Part shown: positions 37,313 to 50,835 of the stretch, piece by piece
How the letters are laid out: every line of letters starts with the position of its first letter
Numbering within the stretch: the stretch's first letter is position 1
Source: Octopus sinensis
Lineage: Eukaryota
DNA length: 64,000 nt
Direction: 5' to 3'
Assembly: GCF_006345805.1 (NCBI RefSeq)
Contig: NC_042999.1
Coordinates: forward strand, 135,036,001-135,100,000
Program-made: the position numbers and the translations under genes
The notes under the pieces: model-generated
Database searches by the model: none
What the model was told of the DNA's origin: nothing
Seen by the model: the letters and a program-made list of their open reading frames with translations, nothing else

Positions 37313-38855
37313 GTAAGTATACCTAAGTTTTATTGTTTTATTAGTGATTAAAATCCCAGTAAGTTGGCCAAAATGGTTGGGCATCTTACTAAATACATTT
37401 TACTATTTAGTTTTTACCTTTGTATTCTAACTTCTGAATTTGTTGGAATCAGTCACCTGGGTGAAAGGTGTGTTATATTATATTCAAAACCCAGTCCATC
37501 ATTCCCCCTCCTTACAATAATTACTTTGTAATTATTGTGGGAAATGCCAAAAGAAATCCAATACTTATTATTGAAACAACTTATCTAACTCATGAACATA
37601 AACATGCACATTCAAAGTTAACAGGCTCCTTCCCATCAGTGGCTGACTAGCTCTGTTGACTTCAGGAAGATAGAAAGTTGGTGCTGTAATTTTTATGCCA
37701 TTTACTAACAGGCTGGTACTTGAAGGAAAAGTGAAATAGCTACTTTGAAAAATTCAAAGCAGGAAAGCAAAAATTTCATATGTTAGAACATCAGTACTTA
37801 AATGTTCAGCTACATAAAAACTTGTAAAATTCAGTTTTCTATTCCTCATTTTTTTTTTATGTATAATTAGTCAGAAGTAGAGGGCAGTAACTAAGATGTT
37901 TGCAGGCTATATCAAGCTGGTAAGTTTGGGTTGCTTTCAACAGATTGAACTTTGCTAAAAGCTTCCAAAGAGAAAAAAATAGTGTTAACTCTCTAGCAAT
38001 CAGATTACTCTATCTGATAAAATTCTTATTTATTCACATTATTTTGAATCAATCATGCATTATCTTGTAGCTTCAACATTTCAATGATGTGATTGTTTAT
38101 TTTCAAAATGATATTGTTGGGTAGCTGTGAGAGGTGAGACTTGGCCATTTTAAACATAAAACAGGTAGAATATTGGGCCAGATATGCCCAGTTTAAATGC
38201 TAAAGTGTTAAACTAAATAGCATATAAGGTCCAAACTTTTCTCACTCTGTAAAAGGAAACTTTTTATGGAAAATAAGCACTATCATTTGAATAAAACTGC
38301 AAAACATTTTTTCTTCAACTCTGAAGTGATAAAATTAATTATTATACTAAAGTACCTTCTTTTATGAAAAAAAAAAGAACCCTTCTCTTACCACACTCTT
38401 TTGTAACATCAGATCAATGTTACTTGGCTACTCTGTAGAGTTACATGCAGATACAGCATATCATACAGTTACATCAAATCATCATAGGCCAAATACTAAA
38501 TTATGTCTTTTTATTATATATAATATTGATTTTGTATATTTCCGCAATATAAGTAAGTCCAGTCTAAGCCAACAACTGACAAGTCATTTGCTTGGATTGC
38601 ATGATAATCATTTTATGCATTGGGACAAAGCCACAATGAACACACAACTGGTATTTATATACTAATAACTTCTTTTTGGAAAGTGAAATGAAAGAGATTA
38701 TATGCAATAACTACATGAAACTATTATCATCAATCAGATACTTAAAACATCTCAAATAACTGTTGTTATGTTATTTTGATATTATAAATAGATGTTATTA
38801 ATTTCTTACTTCTATAATATTTATTCTTTCTTCTACAATTATCCTTTTGAAACAG

Positions 38856-38951
38856 AACTTCTGGAAATTTATCAGCCGATTTACTCACAAAAATGTTATT
38901 GCTCAAATTCAAGACTTAAATCAGATAAAAACTGATGTTGGCTATTGTCGG
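38856..38951 (+). CDS. PLEKHM1: PLEKHM1-like exon (NFWKFISRFTHKNVIAQIQDLNQIKTDVGYCR)
   Basis: Matches human FWPLLKAVTHKHII...VNTDVGRCR. 96 nt, canonical splice sites. Confidence 0.95.
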
Positions 38952-40877
38952 GTAAGTATGTATAGATTTCACTTGTATATGATTATGTGAACATGCAAAT
39001 ATGTGGATATCCAAACATGATGACTGAAGTACAAGGCATCAGTTTTATTTCAATTTAAAAAAAGACTCATCAGCTGTGTACTGAAGTTTGTAACAGTATG
39101 GAATATTGTATAACAAGCTGAAGTATTGTCTCGTAACAAACTAAGTTGTTGGAGTGTAACGTCTGTCTTCTCTCTTGAGACTCCATGGATGTGCTGCAGC
39201 ATGCCTTTGCTGATCTTGAGAAAGCCTCATCTCCTTTCTGTCTTGAGATTTCATTTGATGTGTTGCAGCATGTGTTTGCTGATCTTGGGAAAGTCTCATA
39301 AATATAATAGAAATAAGATGGTTTTTGTGTTATCACATTAGAATTAAAAGTAAAAGAATAAAAGTGAATCTTAGATCACATTAGAATATAGATCTTATTC
39401 TTTCATTTTTAACATGTCATACTGAATCAGTGCCAATGTTATATTGTCTTAATCCAAATGAAAAGAAAATTACTTGTTGACACTCACGGGGTCTGATACT
39501 ATTACCTTGCAAAATTTGATTTGATTTGGTTGAACCATTTGAGAATGCATAGGGAACAGACAGAGAGACAAAGAATTATATATAGAGAGATAATAAGCAG
39601 CCTTCTTTATTATAGTACAGATGTGACTAATTTGGAGAAAAATTACTTTCATTATTCACACATCGTCATTCTCATAATGCCACACTTTGTAATTTAGGTT
39701 CAAATTGAAAGTGTAAAACTATTTTCACTTTCTAATGAAACCTGGTCATTGTAGAGCTTTGTCTTTCAAATAACTAAAGCTGGTTGTTGAGATAATGTAG
39801 AAAATATGTAGGTGAAAATAAAGTTTATTTGGTAGCCAAAAGATTACTGAACCTTTTCATATCCCATACGTCAAAAGTGGCAACTCAGTTTTCGAATGCA
39901 TAAGGAACATATGCACACACACACACACATACAAACTCTCTTTTATACATATAGGTTATAAGGGAGAGAAAGACACACAAGCATAGCTTTGTGGATAAGA
40001 CATTTGCTTCCCAACCACATGGTTTTTGGTTCAGTACCATGCGTAGTACACTGGGAATGTGTCTTCCACTATAGCTTTAGGCTGACCAAAGCTTTGTGAG
40101 TGAATTTGGTAGACAGAAACTAAAAGAAACTAGTTGTATACACACACACACACATCTATATATTTGATATGTATATATGTATGTGTGCATGTGTGGGCAG
40201 ATCTTTGAGTGCCTCTCCGTCTTGACATCACATATGAGTTGTAAACAAACACTACTGTTGTGAAGGTGGTGTCCTTCATACCCAATCTTCCATTAAAACT
40301 TGGCTGGCCATGGGAAATAAATCCCACTTGAAAACAGCTGAGTGTTACTAACAAGAAGGGCATCCAGCTGTAGAAAATCTACCTCAATGAATTCTGTTCT
40401 GTCTGTCCCATACAAGCATGGAAAAGTGTATACTAAAACATGATACACACACACATGTGTATATAAATGAGCTAACAGAGGAATAAATGATTATCTTATG
40501 AACTTCATTAGCTTACATCAGTGGACTCATTGTTGGGTGCCTGAGTGACACCTTATAGCTTCATTCATATATATATATATACATTGTAAATAAACTCATC
40601 ACAGAGTGAGTTGGTATTCTGCAGAAAATAAAAGAATTCTCAAACACAGGATAGTTGTGAATTAGTAAGAGGAAATATGTACAAAAATATACCTTTTTTA
40701 AATGTATATAATTAACATTTTCAGTGGTTGTTCCTTGTTTGTATCCTTTAACATTTTAATGACAATAAGAGCTAGCTGTGCTTATTAAAACCCATCTCTC
40801 ATTGTATCTCAACAAACCCATGAATCACTTAACCTCTCACCTGACATCCAGTTCTTGAATTTTTTTCTACAGTTTAT

Positions 40878-42720
40878 CATGCTGTGGGCACATAACAAAC
40901 ACCATCCGGTCGTGGCCGTTCGCCAGCCTCATCTAGCACCTGTGTCGGTGGCACATAAAAACACCTTCCGAAGACCCGGCAAGACTAGTCAGGCCATAAA
41001 CCATGGCCCCTACCTGGGACGTAGTCAGTCCACCTGTGCATACCTTCCTCCTTGTGATACTTGTGAAGGCCTGTTGAGGCAAGTGAAAATCAAAATCAAA
41101 ATCAAATCAAAACAAATCAAAATAGATGAACATCAATGGAATTTGTATCTTTGTGGTACCAGTGCCGGTGGCACACAAGAGAAAACCATCCGAAAGTGGC
41201 CGTAGCCAGTACCGCATCGACTGGCCTCCATGCTGTGGGCACATGACAAACACCATCCGATCGTGGCCGTTCGCCAGCCTCATCTAGCACCTGTGTCGGT
41301 GGCACATAAAAACACCATCCGAAGACCCGGCAAGACTAGTCAGGCCATAACCCATGGCCCCTACCTGGGACGTAGTCAGTCCACCTGTGCATACCTTCCT
41401 TCTTGTGACACTTGTGAAGACCTGTTGAGGCAAGTGAAAATCAAATCAAAACAAATCAAAATAGATGAACATCAATGGAATCTGTATCTTTGTGGTACCA
41501 GTGCCGGTGGCACACACTTTGTGGTACCAGTGCCGGTGGCACACAAGAGAACCATCCGAACGTGGCCGTAGCCAGTTCCGCATCGACCGGCCTCCGTGCT
41601 GTGGGCACGTAACAAACACCATCCGATCATGGCCGTTCGCCAGCCTCATCTGGCACCTGTGTCGGTGGCACATAAAAACACCTTCCGAAGACCCGGCAAG
41701 ACTAGTCAGTCCACCTGTGCATACCTTCCTTCTTGTGACACTTGTGAAGACCAGTTGAGGCAAGTGAAAATCAAATCAAATCAAAATAGACAAAATAGAT
41801 GAACATCAATGGAATTTGTATCCTGTGGTACCAGTGCCTGTGGCACACAAGAAATCCATCAGTGCCGTAGTCAGTGCAGTGGGCACATGACAAACACCAT
41901 CCGATCGTGGCCGTTCGCCAGCCTCATCTAGCACCTGTGTCGGTGGCACATAAAAACACCATCCGAAGACCCGGCAAGACTAGTCAGGCCATAACCCATG
42001 GCCCCTACCTGGGACGTAGTCAGTCCACCTGTGCATACCTTCCTTCTTGTGACACTTGTGAAGACCTGTTGAGGCAAGTGAAAATCAAAACAAATCAAAA
42101 TAGATGAACATCAATGGAATTTGTATCTTTGTGGTACCAGTGCCGGTGGCACGTGGCACATAAGAAAACCATCCGAACATGGCCGTAGCCAGTACCGCAT
42201 CGACTGGCCTCCGTGCTGTGGGCACGTAACAAGCACCATCCGATCGTGGCCGTTTGCCAGCCTCATCTGGCACCTGTGTCGGTGGCACATAAAAACACCA
42301 TCCGAGCGTGGCCGTCTGCCAGCCTCGTCTGGCACCTGTGTCGGTGGCACATAAAAACACCATCCGAGCGTGGCCGTCTGCCAGCCTCGTCTGGCACCTG
42401 TGTCGGTGGCACATAAAAAACACCATCCGAGCGTGGCCGTCTGCCAGCCTCGTCTGGCACCTGTGTCGGTGGCACATAAAAAACACCATCCGAGCGTGGC
42501 CGTTTGCCAGCCTCGTCTGGCACCTGTGTCGGTGGCACATAAAATCACCCACTACACTCTCGGAGTGGTTGGCGTTAGGAAGGGCATCCAGCTGTAGAAA
42601 CACTGCCAGATCTGACTGGACTGGTGCAGCTTTCGGGCTCCCCAGACCCCAGTTGAACCGTCCAACCCATGCTAGCATGGAAAGCGGACGTTAAATGATG
42701 ATGATGATGATGATGATGAT
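40878..42720 (+). repeat. Nested tandem array of an RTE-type 3' region: about 4.2 x 280-366 bp units, then 5 x 62-63 bp units, then the standard 3' end with (GAT)n
   Basis: Large-unit starts at about 40878, 41229, 41595, 41873 and 42212. Small-unit starts at 42234, 42296, 42358, 42421 and 42484. Confidence 0.9.
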
Positions 42721-42959
42721 AACTGTCATTCAGCTAACTGAAGCAGGTATATTGAAGTATTGAAATATTCTGCTCAAAGCTTGAGTACAGTGTTTGTGAC
42801 AGGAAGCAGAAGCATGACCCTTGTTCTGAGAGATTAACACAATACTTCTTCAACTATTCCAACACTCTATTGAATGTTTAATTTTTTTTGAAGTTTGATA
42901 ATATATATTTGTCTGTTGTAATGTATCTATAACAAAATTGTCTCTGTCGTTCTTTGTAG

Positions 42960-43039
42960 GTTTGGATAAGACTTGCCCTGAATGATGGTATCCTTGGCAG
43001 CTACATTGATGTTATGACTGCAGATGTCCAGGCTCTAGA
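42960..43039 (+). CDS. PLEKHM1: PLEKHM1-like exon (VWIRLALNDGILGSYIDVMTADVQAL)
   Basis: W.RLALNDG matches human AWLRLALNDG. 80 nt, phase 0 to 2. Confidence 0.95.
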
Positions 43040-43442
43040 GTGAGGAATATTTTTTTTTTCCAAGTCTGTTGAAAATTTCTGTATCAGAAAGTGGATGAGG
43101 GGTGTCAAATGCCTTAGCTGACAATTAGAGAAAAGCAGTTAGTTTATTTATTTATTTATTACACTGTGTGACCCCCAAATAAAATGAAATGAAGGGATGA
43201 AAGGATATTAACCCATAAGCATCTAAACTGGCCAGTGTTGATAATGATGATAATAATAGGCAAAATTTCTCTTATTTTATACTTTATATCATCATTGCCA
43301 TCATCCTCACCCACTTGCATAGATTAGATGGGTTTGTCACAGAGTATCATGACATCATTCATCATTTTATCACTGATATTATCAAATATGCTTTTTCTTT
43401 TGTCCAGAATTTATATCATCTATACTTATATATATATCGCAT

Positions 43443-43474
<32 letters not shown>

Positions 43475-43475
<1 letters not shown>

Positions 43476-43763
43476 CACATGATCATGTGACTGACCAGAC
43501 TATCAGATGTTGCTACACATCGCTGGTCACAATGCGCTTCGCATTGTTTTAGTCTTCAAATGACGCCACCCCGCTGGCTAAGCGAGCAGCCCAACAGAAG
43601 AAAGAGTGAGAGAAAGTTGTGGCGAAAGAGTACACCACCTGCCGGAGCCTCGTGGAGCTGAATGTGTTTTTGCTCAATAAACACTCACAACGCCCGATCT
43701 GGGAATCGAAACCACGATCCTACGACTGTGAGTCCGCTGCCCTAACCACTGGGCCATTGCGCC

Positions 43764-43767
<4 letters not shown>
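43475..43767 (-). mobile_element. tRNA-derived SINE (head possibly tRNA-Arg-like); diverged relatives at about 17200-17460 and 19215-19450
   Basis: The minus strand starts GGCGCAATGGCCCAGTGGTTAGGGCAGCGGACTC...GGTTTCGATTCCC (A and B boxes). The body follows without a tRNA acceptor end. Confidence 0.8.
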
Positions 43768-43810
<43 letters not shown>

Positions 43811-43934
43811 GAGAGAGAGAGAGAGAGAGTATAGTTTATTTGCCAACATAATGTGGCAGTCCTGACTAGGACTATGTTACTACATTTTTTTTGCCACATT
43901 ATTGTGTAACGAAGACTAGGACAGTTGGGTAAAG

Positions 43935-44310
43935 AAGGGCCAATTTCTAACTATTGTGGGAACTTGTGGGAGAGGTAGACCTAAAAATGAGGTGGTGAAG
44001 CATGATCTTCAGATGTTGAGTTTCATGAAGGTGAGGACAAGTGATCAAGACCTTTGACAACCTGCTGTGCTTGAGAAAACATGTCAAGCCAAGTGAAATC
44101 GTAGTTGTGACCAGTGCCGTCTAAAAGGAACTTGTGCCAGTGACATGTAAAAGGCACCCATTACACTCTGGGAGTGTTTGGCATTAGGAAGGGCATCCAG
44201 CCATAGAAACCATGTCAAATCAGACTTGAGCCTGGTACAGCTCTCTGGCTTACCAGTCCCAGTGAAGCTGTCTAACCCATGCCAGCATGAAAAACAGATG
44301 CTAAATGATA
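43935..44310 (+). mobile_element. RTE 3' fragment
   Basis: gaggtagacct..gaggtggtgaagcatgatctt, then ggcattaggaagggcatccagc and a gat tail. Confidence 0.7.
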
Positions 44311-45281
44311 ATGACCACCTAAGCAGTTTTTCATGTAACTCCTTTAATTGCAGCTTTTCACTGAATTTGTTAAACAGCCTTATAAGTCCATGACATGGAC
44401 TTACTGATTTATAATTTTGTTTCAGTATGTGAAAAAGCTTAGTGAGAAGGTCTGCTATTCTCTGGCTTGGTCAAAAGTTGAATTATTTGCTCAAAATGAG
44501 TTGATTTTTCAACAGGTAGACTTGTAATTTTTTTTTTAATGTCTGGTCTGGAAGAAAGAGCTGTGATCATAGCCTTCTCAGGCTATAACTGGTGAGATTG
44601 AACAGCTGCAGAAAAAACATAGGCTGGGAGGGAATTCGAAAGGGATGATGTTTTGTGTGTAAAAGGATTGAGAAAAAATTGATCAGTGCAAGACTGGAAG
44701 ATTCTTGAATGGCAGCAACACAAGATTAATTTTTTTGAGAGTGCTGATTCCACTGTAAATAATAAGATCTCTGGATTCTGTCTTATGTATTAGATATCAC
44801 AGAAATTCACTTCCATTGCTTCAGTGGCATAATGTGGGTGTGTGAACTATTCAGAATAGCCGTATCTATTGTAGTTGAAGATATGTTACATTTAAGGGAG
44901 GATGTGGCCAATTTTGGCTGCTGTACAGAGCAATCAGAATCCACGGTATACTACTGTATTAGTTTGGAAATGCATTACAAGAATGCAAAAGTGAAATAGG
45001 AAGAATTGGGGCCTGGCTGGTTTCTTACAGCATTCTTTCAGGGTTTTGATTGGAATCTGAATCCTTGCAGCATCTTCATATGATCTTTTCTGCAAAGGCC
45101 TGGCAAAAGATATTGGATTTATATTTTGTCCTTATTTATGACTACTCTACATTTGATGACATGTTTAGGAAAGTTGTCTATTCTTCTTGGGAGAGAGGAA
45201 GAGTTTATTATGCTCCACCATTATGTTTTAAAACAAAGTATATTTTAATCTGTGCTTTAATCTTGTTTTCTTTTTTTAAAG

Positions 45282-45352
45282 TTCATTTTATCACCATCTA
45301 TCATATTTACGAGATTTGGAGCAACCTGGGATTTTGAAATCATATGTTCAAG
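45282..45352 (+). CDS. PLEKHM1: PLEKHM1-like exon (DSFYHHLSYLRDLEQPGILKSYVQG)
   Basis: Matches human [24 protein letters not shown]. 71 nt, phase 2 to 1. Confidence 0.9.
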
Positions 45353-45388
45353 GTAAATCTCCTGAGGAATTTTTTCCCATTTGGTTAC

Positions 45389-45419
<31 letters not shown>

Positions 45420-45649
45420 ATCCCTTGACTATCACAAGTGTTATATCACCACCACCCCTGCAATAGGTGGAAGTCTGTGAAGTAGAAACAGTACTGTACT
45501 GTATATTTTTTAAAATTATTTTCATAATTTTTATATATTTATTTTATTACAAATGCAAAACAACACCACAGAAAGCTTGAATAATAAACTGCAATTGGTG
45601 AACCATGATATGGCAAGGGATTACTGTATGTGTATATATATATATATAG

Positions 45650-46650
45650 AAGAATGAATGTTTTTATATATAATGAACGTGAAATACAGGAAGGGACGAA
45701 CACGGAACACAGACAAATCATTCGAAGCCTTCAATCTTCAGTCAGACACCGAATCATCATAGCAAATTTCGGCTGTTCAATTCTGATATTGCTCCAACTC
45801 GGCCAGCCCAGAAAAAAAAAACTAAGCTGTAAGCATTAGATTTTTGGTAGAAGACAGGAATGTGAACGCACAAGACGGATGTGAATACAAGAGACGAAAA
45901 CGAAATTGAAAACAGTAATGAATAAACAAAATATATATAACGGTGGTTGTCATACGACTTTAGACCAAATGAGACAAAACAACACAACAACAACATAGCT
46001 GGCGTAGAAATAATTACCGTTTCGGTAGCGGGGACACATGTTGGTCGAGATACGAAGGCCAACAGAATGGTTTAAGAAGCAGCAGGTCGCAGGAGAGAGA
46101 GAAAGAGAGACAGAGAGAGAGGGAATCAAAGAGGGTGGAAGGCAGGGGACAGAATCAGTGACCAAGAGAAAAGGAGAAAGAAGGGATTAAGGAGGATGGG
46201 AGGAAGAGGGGAGGAGGATGGGGAAGAGAGGGGAAGAATCGGAGGGCGCCAAAAAGTTTGGTGAAGAAGCAATGGCGGGTAGGAAAGACAGTGTGTATAG
46301 AAGTCGTGCAGGGTTAAAATTGGACAAACAAACGGGGGGGGTGCACGTAATGCCGCAATAATATAAGAATGAATGTTTTTATATATAATGAACGTGAAAT
46401 ACAGGAAGGGACGAACACGGAACACAGACAAATCATTCGAAGCCTTCAATCTTCAGTCAGACACCGAATCATCATAGCAAATTTCGGCTGTTCAATTCTG
46501 ATATTTGCTCCAACTCGGCCAGCCCCAAGAAAAAAAACTAAGCTGTAAGCATTAGATTTCTTGGTAGAAGACAGGAATGTGAACGCACAAGACGGATGTG
46601 AATACAAGAGACAAAAACGAAATTGAAAACAGTAATGAATAAACAAAATA
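45650..46650. repeat. Two near-identical direct repeats of about 285 bp (45650-45933, 46365-46650) around a purine-rich core of about 430 bp
   Basis: Direct comparison shows only a few substitutions and homopolymer indels. The period is 715 bp. Confidence 0.9.
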
Positions 46651-47647
46651 CAGACAGACAGACAGACACACACACACACACACTCACTCACTCACAGTTA
46701 GTAGTAGTAGAATATTGACTATAAGCATAAGTATTTCAGTAGATTCTCCTTTTTCAAACAGTTGCAGTGATGAATTCATACCTCCATCAATCAGAGCAAT
46801 AATAGGAAACATTCTTACAATTTAATGCATTAGTACAAATTAGATCTCATCCTCAAATGCTCCAGATAATTTGTAAAAGACGTATGTGTAAGTGAACAAT
46901 TTTTGCTTTTGAAGATACTGTGATTATTATTCCCAATCTTGGTACACTAATTTGTAGAAATAATTGGTGTGCCAACTGAATCATTTCCCTTCTTTGTCAT
47001 TTTTAATGTCAGTTCACTGTTGTACAAAGCATGCATTGATCCACATGTTTGGCATTTTGTCAGGAGATAGGCTTTCAATATAGGATTTACTCTCCATTAA
47101 TATAAAACAAAATATCTTAAAATATCCAATAAGCTCTGTGAAAACAATTTTAAAGTATTTTCTGATAAGGAGAGTAACAGATGAAAGCAAATTCTATAAT
47201 TCCATCTACATTCACTAATAGAAAAGTTTTAAAGGTAATGATTTGGAGTTTTGAACTAGTTTTAGCATAATTTCTTGTCTTTCTTGTTAGTTCTCTCATT
47301 TGTCAGGCATTTATTAAATTCAGTGCATAAATAAGCCCTACAGATCAGTGACACTCACAAGAGAGATCCATTTGACCTATGTTACAGAATTGCCTTATCA
47401 CCTATATATTAACATCCGGTATTAAGAGAATAAACCAAATACATGGCAGACATCAGTTTTAATTCTTCACAATTTACATATGTTATTGTTTTTTTTGTTT
47501 TTTCTTATTGTAAATTTGGTTTCCAACAGTGATAGTTTTAGAATATAATATAGAGTAGTCACATATACAATAATACAGTTCCAACTTTGATCAAATATAA
47601 AAGTTAAATGTATTTTGGGTTATTTATAGCATTTGTTTTTACTGCAG

Positions 47648-47956
47648 GTATAACAGCTTTCCAATTTGAACTTCCTTACAATTCAAGTGTTTTGAACAGT
47701 TGGATGAACATACCTCTGTTACTTGCTGGAGTGGATGGGGTAGCTGGTTTAAATGATGGCATCAGTATTGAAGAGATTGGAAATACCCGACCTCCACCTG
47801 TAGCAGTTACTCCTGGAAGAGTGGTAGAATCTGTTGATGTTTCTGTAGCAACATCACCTAGTAAAGAACTTCCAAATGAAGATCTTGTTGTTATTAAAAA
47901 GCTTCCTCCAGATCCCAAAACAGATGACAAACCATCGACTAGTAATACAGTTGAAG
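47648..47956 (+). CDS. PLEKHM1: PLEKHM1-like exon (GITAFQFELPYNSSVLNSWMNIPLLLAG...), end of the RUN domain plus linker
   Basis: Matches human [28 protein letters not shown]. 309 nt, phase 1 to 1. Confidence 0.93.
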
Positions 47957-49436
47957 GTAAATGATGTTGTTCTTCTCTTTCTCTCTAAGATATTTCATAC
48001 TAGTCACAATTTCCTTTTAGAACATACCTTTACTAATTTCACTGTTGCTGTGGTGTTTTGCATTTTAATCAGAGGAGGAGAGGCAGTGGGTTCTTTATGG
48101 TAAGCATTCAACTTGGTGATTGTTGATAAATTTAAAGAAAATATGATGAGGGAGTACCACTTGGGTACATTTCTTGGGGGCTAATTGCAAACTACTTTCA
48201 AGTTCTTGGAGGCAAATTGCTGATTTCAAGTCTTGTGGAAGAAGCAGAGCTAATATTACAGAATACATATACGGAATTGACAATGCCTTGGGAAGACTTC
48301 ATGGAGTGGGTACATAAAAAAGTACCTAAAATATGAGGGTCTTAGGGAGTTATGTGAGTCACATGGAAGGTAGTTTACAATTCTTCCAGTGGAGGTGGGA
48401 TATTGTGAATTTGTATCCACATCTATAATATCCTACTTGGCTGACATTGGACTTAAATAACTGAGTTGTGATTCCTGCACTGTTTATGTAAGCAAAGAAT
48501 GCTTCATCATGGATGTAGCAGAGGAATGTGAAAAAGAGACCAAAGCTGAGAATAAGGTACAAAATCTTAAGGGGATAGAAACAAAATAATTGATGAGTAA
48601 CAACTGCCTTTGATTTGGTAAGATGACTGCTTAATGAACAAAATGAAAAGGCCTTGTTACAACAAGGACAATCCCTGTTAGCATCAATGCTGCTTGGCAC
48701 TGAGTGGAGTGATACTGTCTTAAAGTTCCAAAATCATTGTGATCTCTAGTTGACATCTTCTAAAACCCCAGAATGCAGGCTGTGTATAAAATAATATTTG
48801 TAAATATAAAGAAATACTACTTTACGTGTGTGTATGTATGCAAAGAATTAGATTCCAAGGAAACTAGTGGTTGCCTACCTAAGTATAATCAGTTAATAAA
48901 AGTTCACAAAGCTCAATAGGTTCTGCAAACTCTGTGTATGTGCACTTGCAAGCATATATACATAAGAATCAAGCTCTGATTTGAAATTATTTTCATTACT
49001 ATTTTTATCATCTTTATGATAATGCCAAATATATTTGTTGATCATTCTGTTAATTTACTTTCAGAGTTATGTTTGTTATCCTATCTAGATAAAGGAGGTA
49101 GCAAAAAGAGTTAAGCATCAGATTATGCTTACTGAGACCTTCAAAACATTTTTTTGTGGGTGTGCTTAACATTTACCCATAAAAATCGCAACAATTTTCC
49201 TCAGGTTCTTCTGCTTCACAGATCCTGGTTTAGCTGAGTATGTATTTCATCTTCCATCTATTGAAGGAATAATGTGTTTCCTCAAATTAAGTCATTATTA
49301 GTCACTCTTTCATTATATTAAGCTTTTCTACTCATCACAATTTTACATTAGTGTTTTTTTCATGTTTGTCAAGATACACAAAGAGTGAATAAACATTAAT
49401 TTTCCTTTTCTTTTTTTTTTCTTTCCTGATTAACAG

Positions 49437-49844
49437 TGAAGACTGTTTTAAAGAAAAACATTAAAGAGAAATCAAATTCCGTATCTGACCCTGTAAATAA
49501 CCCTTCACAGACCACAGATGACCTTTCACACAAATCAGACAAAGATGTACGTGATAACACTAAACACAGTGATACATCAATATCATCAGACAATAATGTT
49601 CCACAGCAGACAGATTTAAACCCTAGTCATGATTCTAATCCTCAACCACAAAACAAACCCATGTCTGCTCATCAGAAAATTAATCAACGACCAAAGACCC
49701 TAGAGCTGTCTAACTCACCTGGTAACCATAGTCTGAATTTAGGCAACAGTTTAGAAGTTGCTTCAGGCTGGTCATCACATTTCCGTGAAGAAATGAATCC
49801 AGAAGTAATGACTGAACCTGCTGAAATAGTTGAAGTTCAAGATG
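49437..49844 (+). CDS. PLEKHM1: PLEKHM1-like low-complexity linker exon (VKTVLKKNIKEK...EIVEVQD)
   Basis: Long polypyrimidine tract plus taacag, GTAAGT donor, 408 nt open frame, phase 1 to 1. Confidence 0.85.
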
Positions 49845-50539
49845 GTAAGTCAACAGTTTTGTCATTTTGCTCCTACTTCATTTCTGCCCTGCTATTCCTA
49901 CACTTCTGATACCAGACAACTGCTACTAATACACAGCTTTTAATACCACAAACATTTGCATGAAAAGCTCTTTTGTCTCCATTAAAGAACATCAGTGATA
50001 TCTCAATATCAGATTATAATCTTGACCCAGTTTTGCTTCCTCATCATTTCATTTAACCTGTCTTTGCTGCTTCTTCCTTGCTATAGAGAGATCTTGTTAT
50101 TTACTAACTAGACGCTGTATCAACTGTATAAAGATATGGCAATATTTTTTATAACAGTCAAATGAAATCAACTTTACTTTCCATTCTTTTGAGGTTAATA
50201 AATAAAGTATCAATCCAGAGTGATGGGTTAGCATAATTATTAGAGCACTAGCTTAAAAGCCACCATATCTGGTGACTTTTAAACTGGCTCCTGTGGAGGG
50301 CTCTTCATTGGGCCTTGGGCCCAACAATGACACTTCATGCATTGAGTGCATATTAAATTTTATCAAACTTGACCAATATTTTTCAAGCAATGAACAATTT
50401 TCATCAAACAGTTTTATAATTTTTTTATAATTTGTCAACTTGGAACTTATTGCAAAGCTGCATGATAGACAACATTTTTTGTCTTCCCATTTGGGGGTCA
50501 GTACAATTTTTTTCTATCTAACCTCTTTCTTTCTGTTGA

Positions 50540-50835
50540 TTATTTTCAACCATCATCAATACCACCACTATCGCCACGACATCTGCCATGCACACACCAT
50601 TCAGACTTCGACGTCACCACCATCAATATCTTTGACTTTGCCGCCTTCCCCTCCACCACCATCACCACTGTCTTTCACATCATTTGCTGTCACCGTCATC
50701 CCTGACCGCCTCAGCTACCACCGCCACCACCACCATCACTGTTGCCTCTATCTCTATCACAACTACAGCTCATACTATTACTATCACCCCATTACCATCA
50801 CAACCATCAATCTACTACTGCCCTCACCATCTCTA
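50540..50835. repeat. Low-complexity degenerate (CAT/CAC/TAC)n tract
   Basis: Composition seen directly. It explains the His/Thr-rich spurious ORFs here. Confidence 0.8.

Noticed and set aside
41210-41260. HDV-like ribozyme in the array unit (GCC-TCC-rich loop)
   Set aside because: P3', P1' and the GG of P1.1 cannot be placed. There is also no CTGANGA/GAAA pair in the unit.
42234-42545. CRISPR-like array
   Set aside because: The units are contiguous near-identical repeats without unique spacers, in a eukaryotic intron with no cas genes.
40855-42694. Many overlapping 60-200 aa ORFs
   Set aside because: By-products of the GC-richer tandem repeat; no recognisable domain.
45715-45750. Hammerhead in the 285-bp direct repeat (minus strand CTGAAGA...GAA)
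   Set aside because: No GAAA with a closing stem II and no stem I complement.
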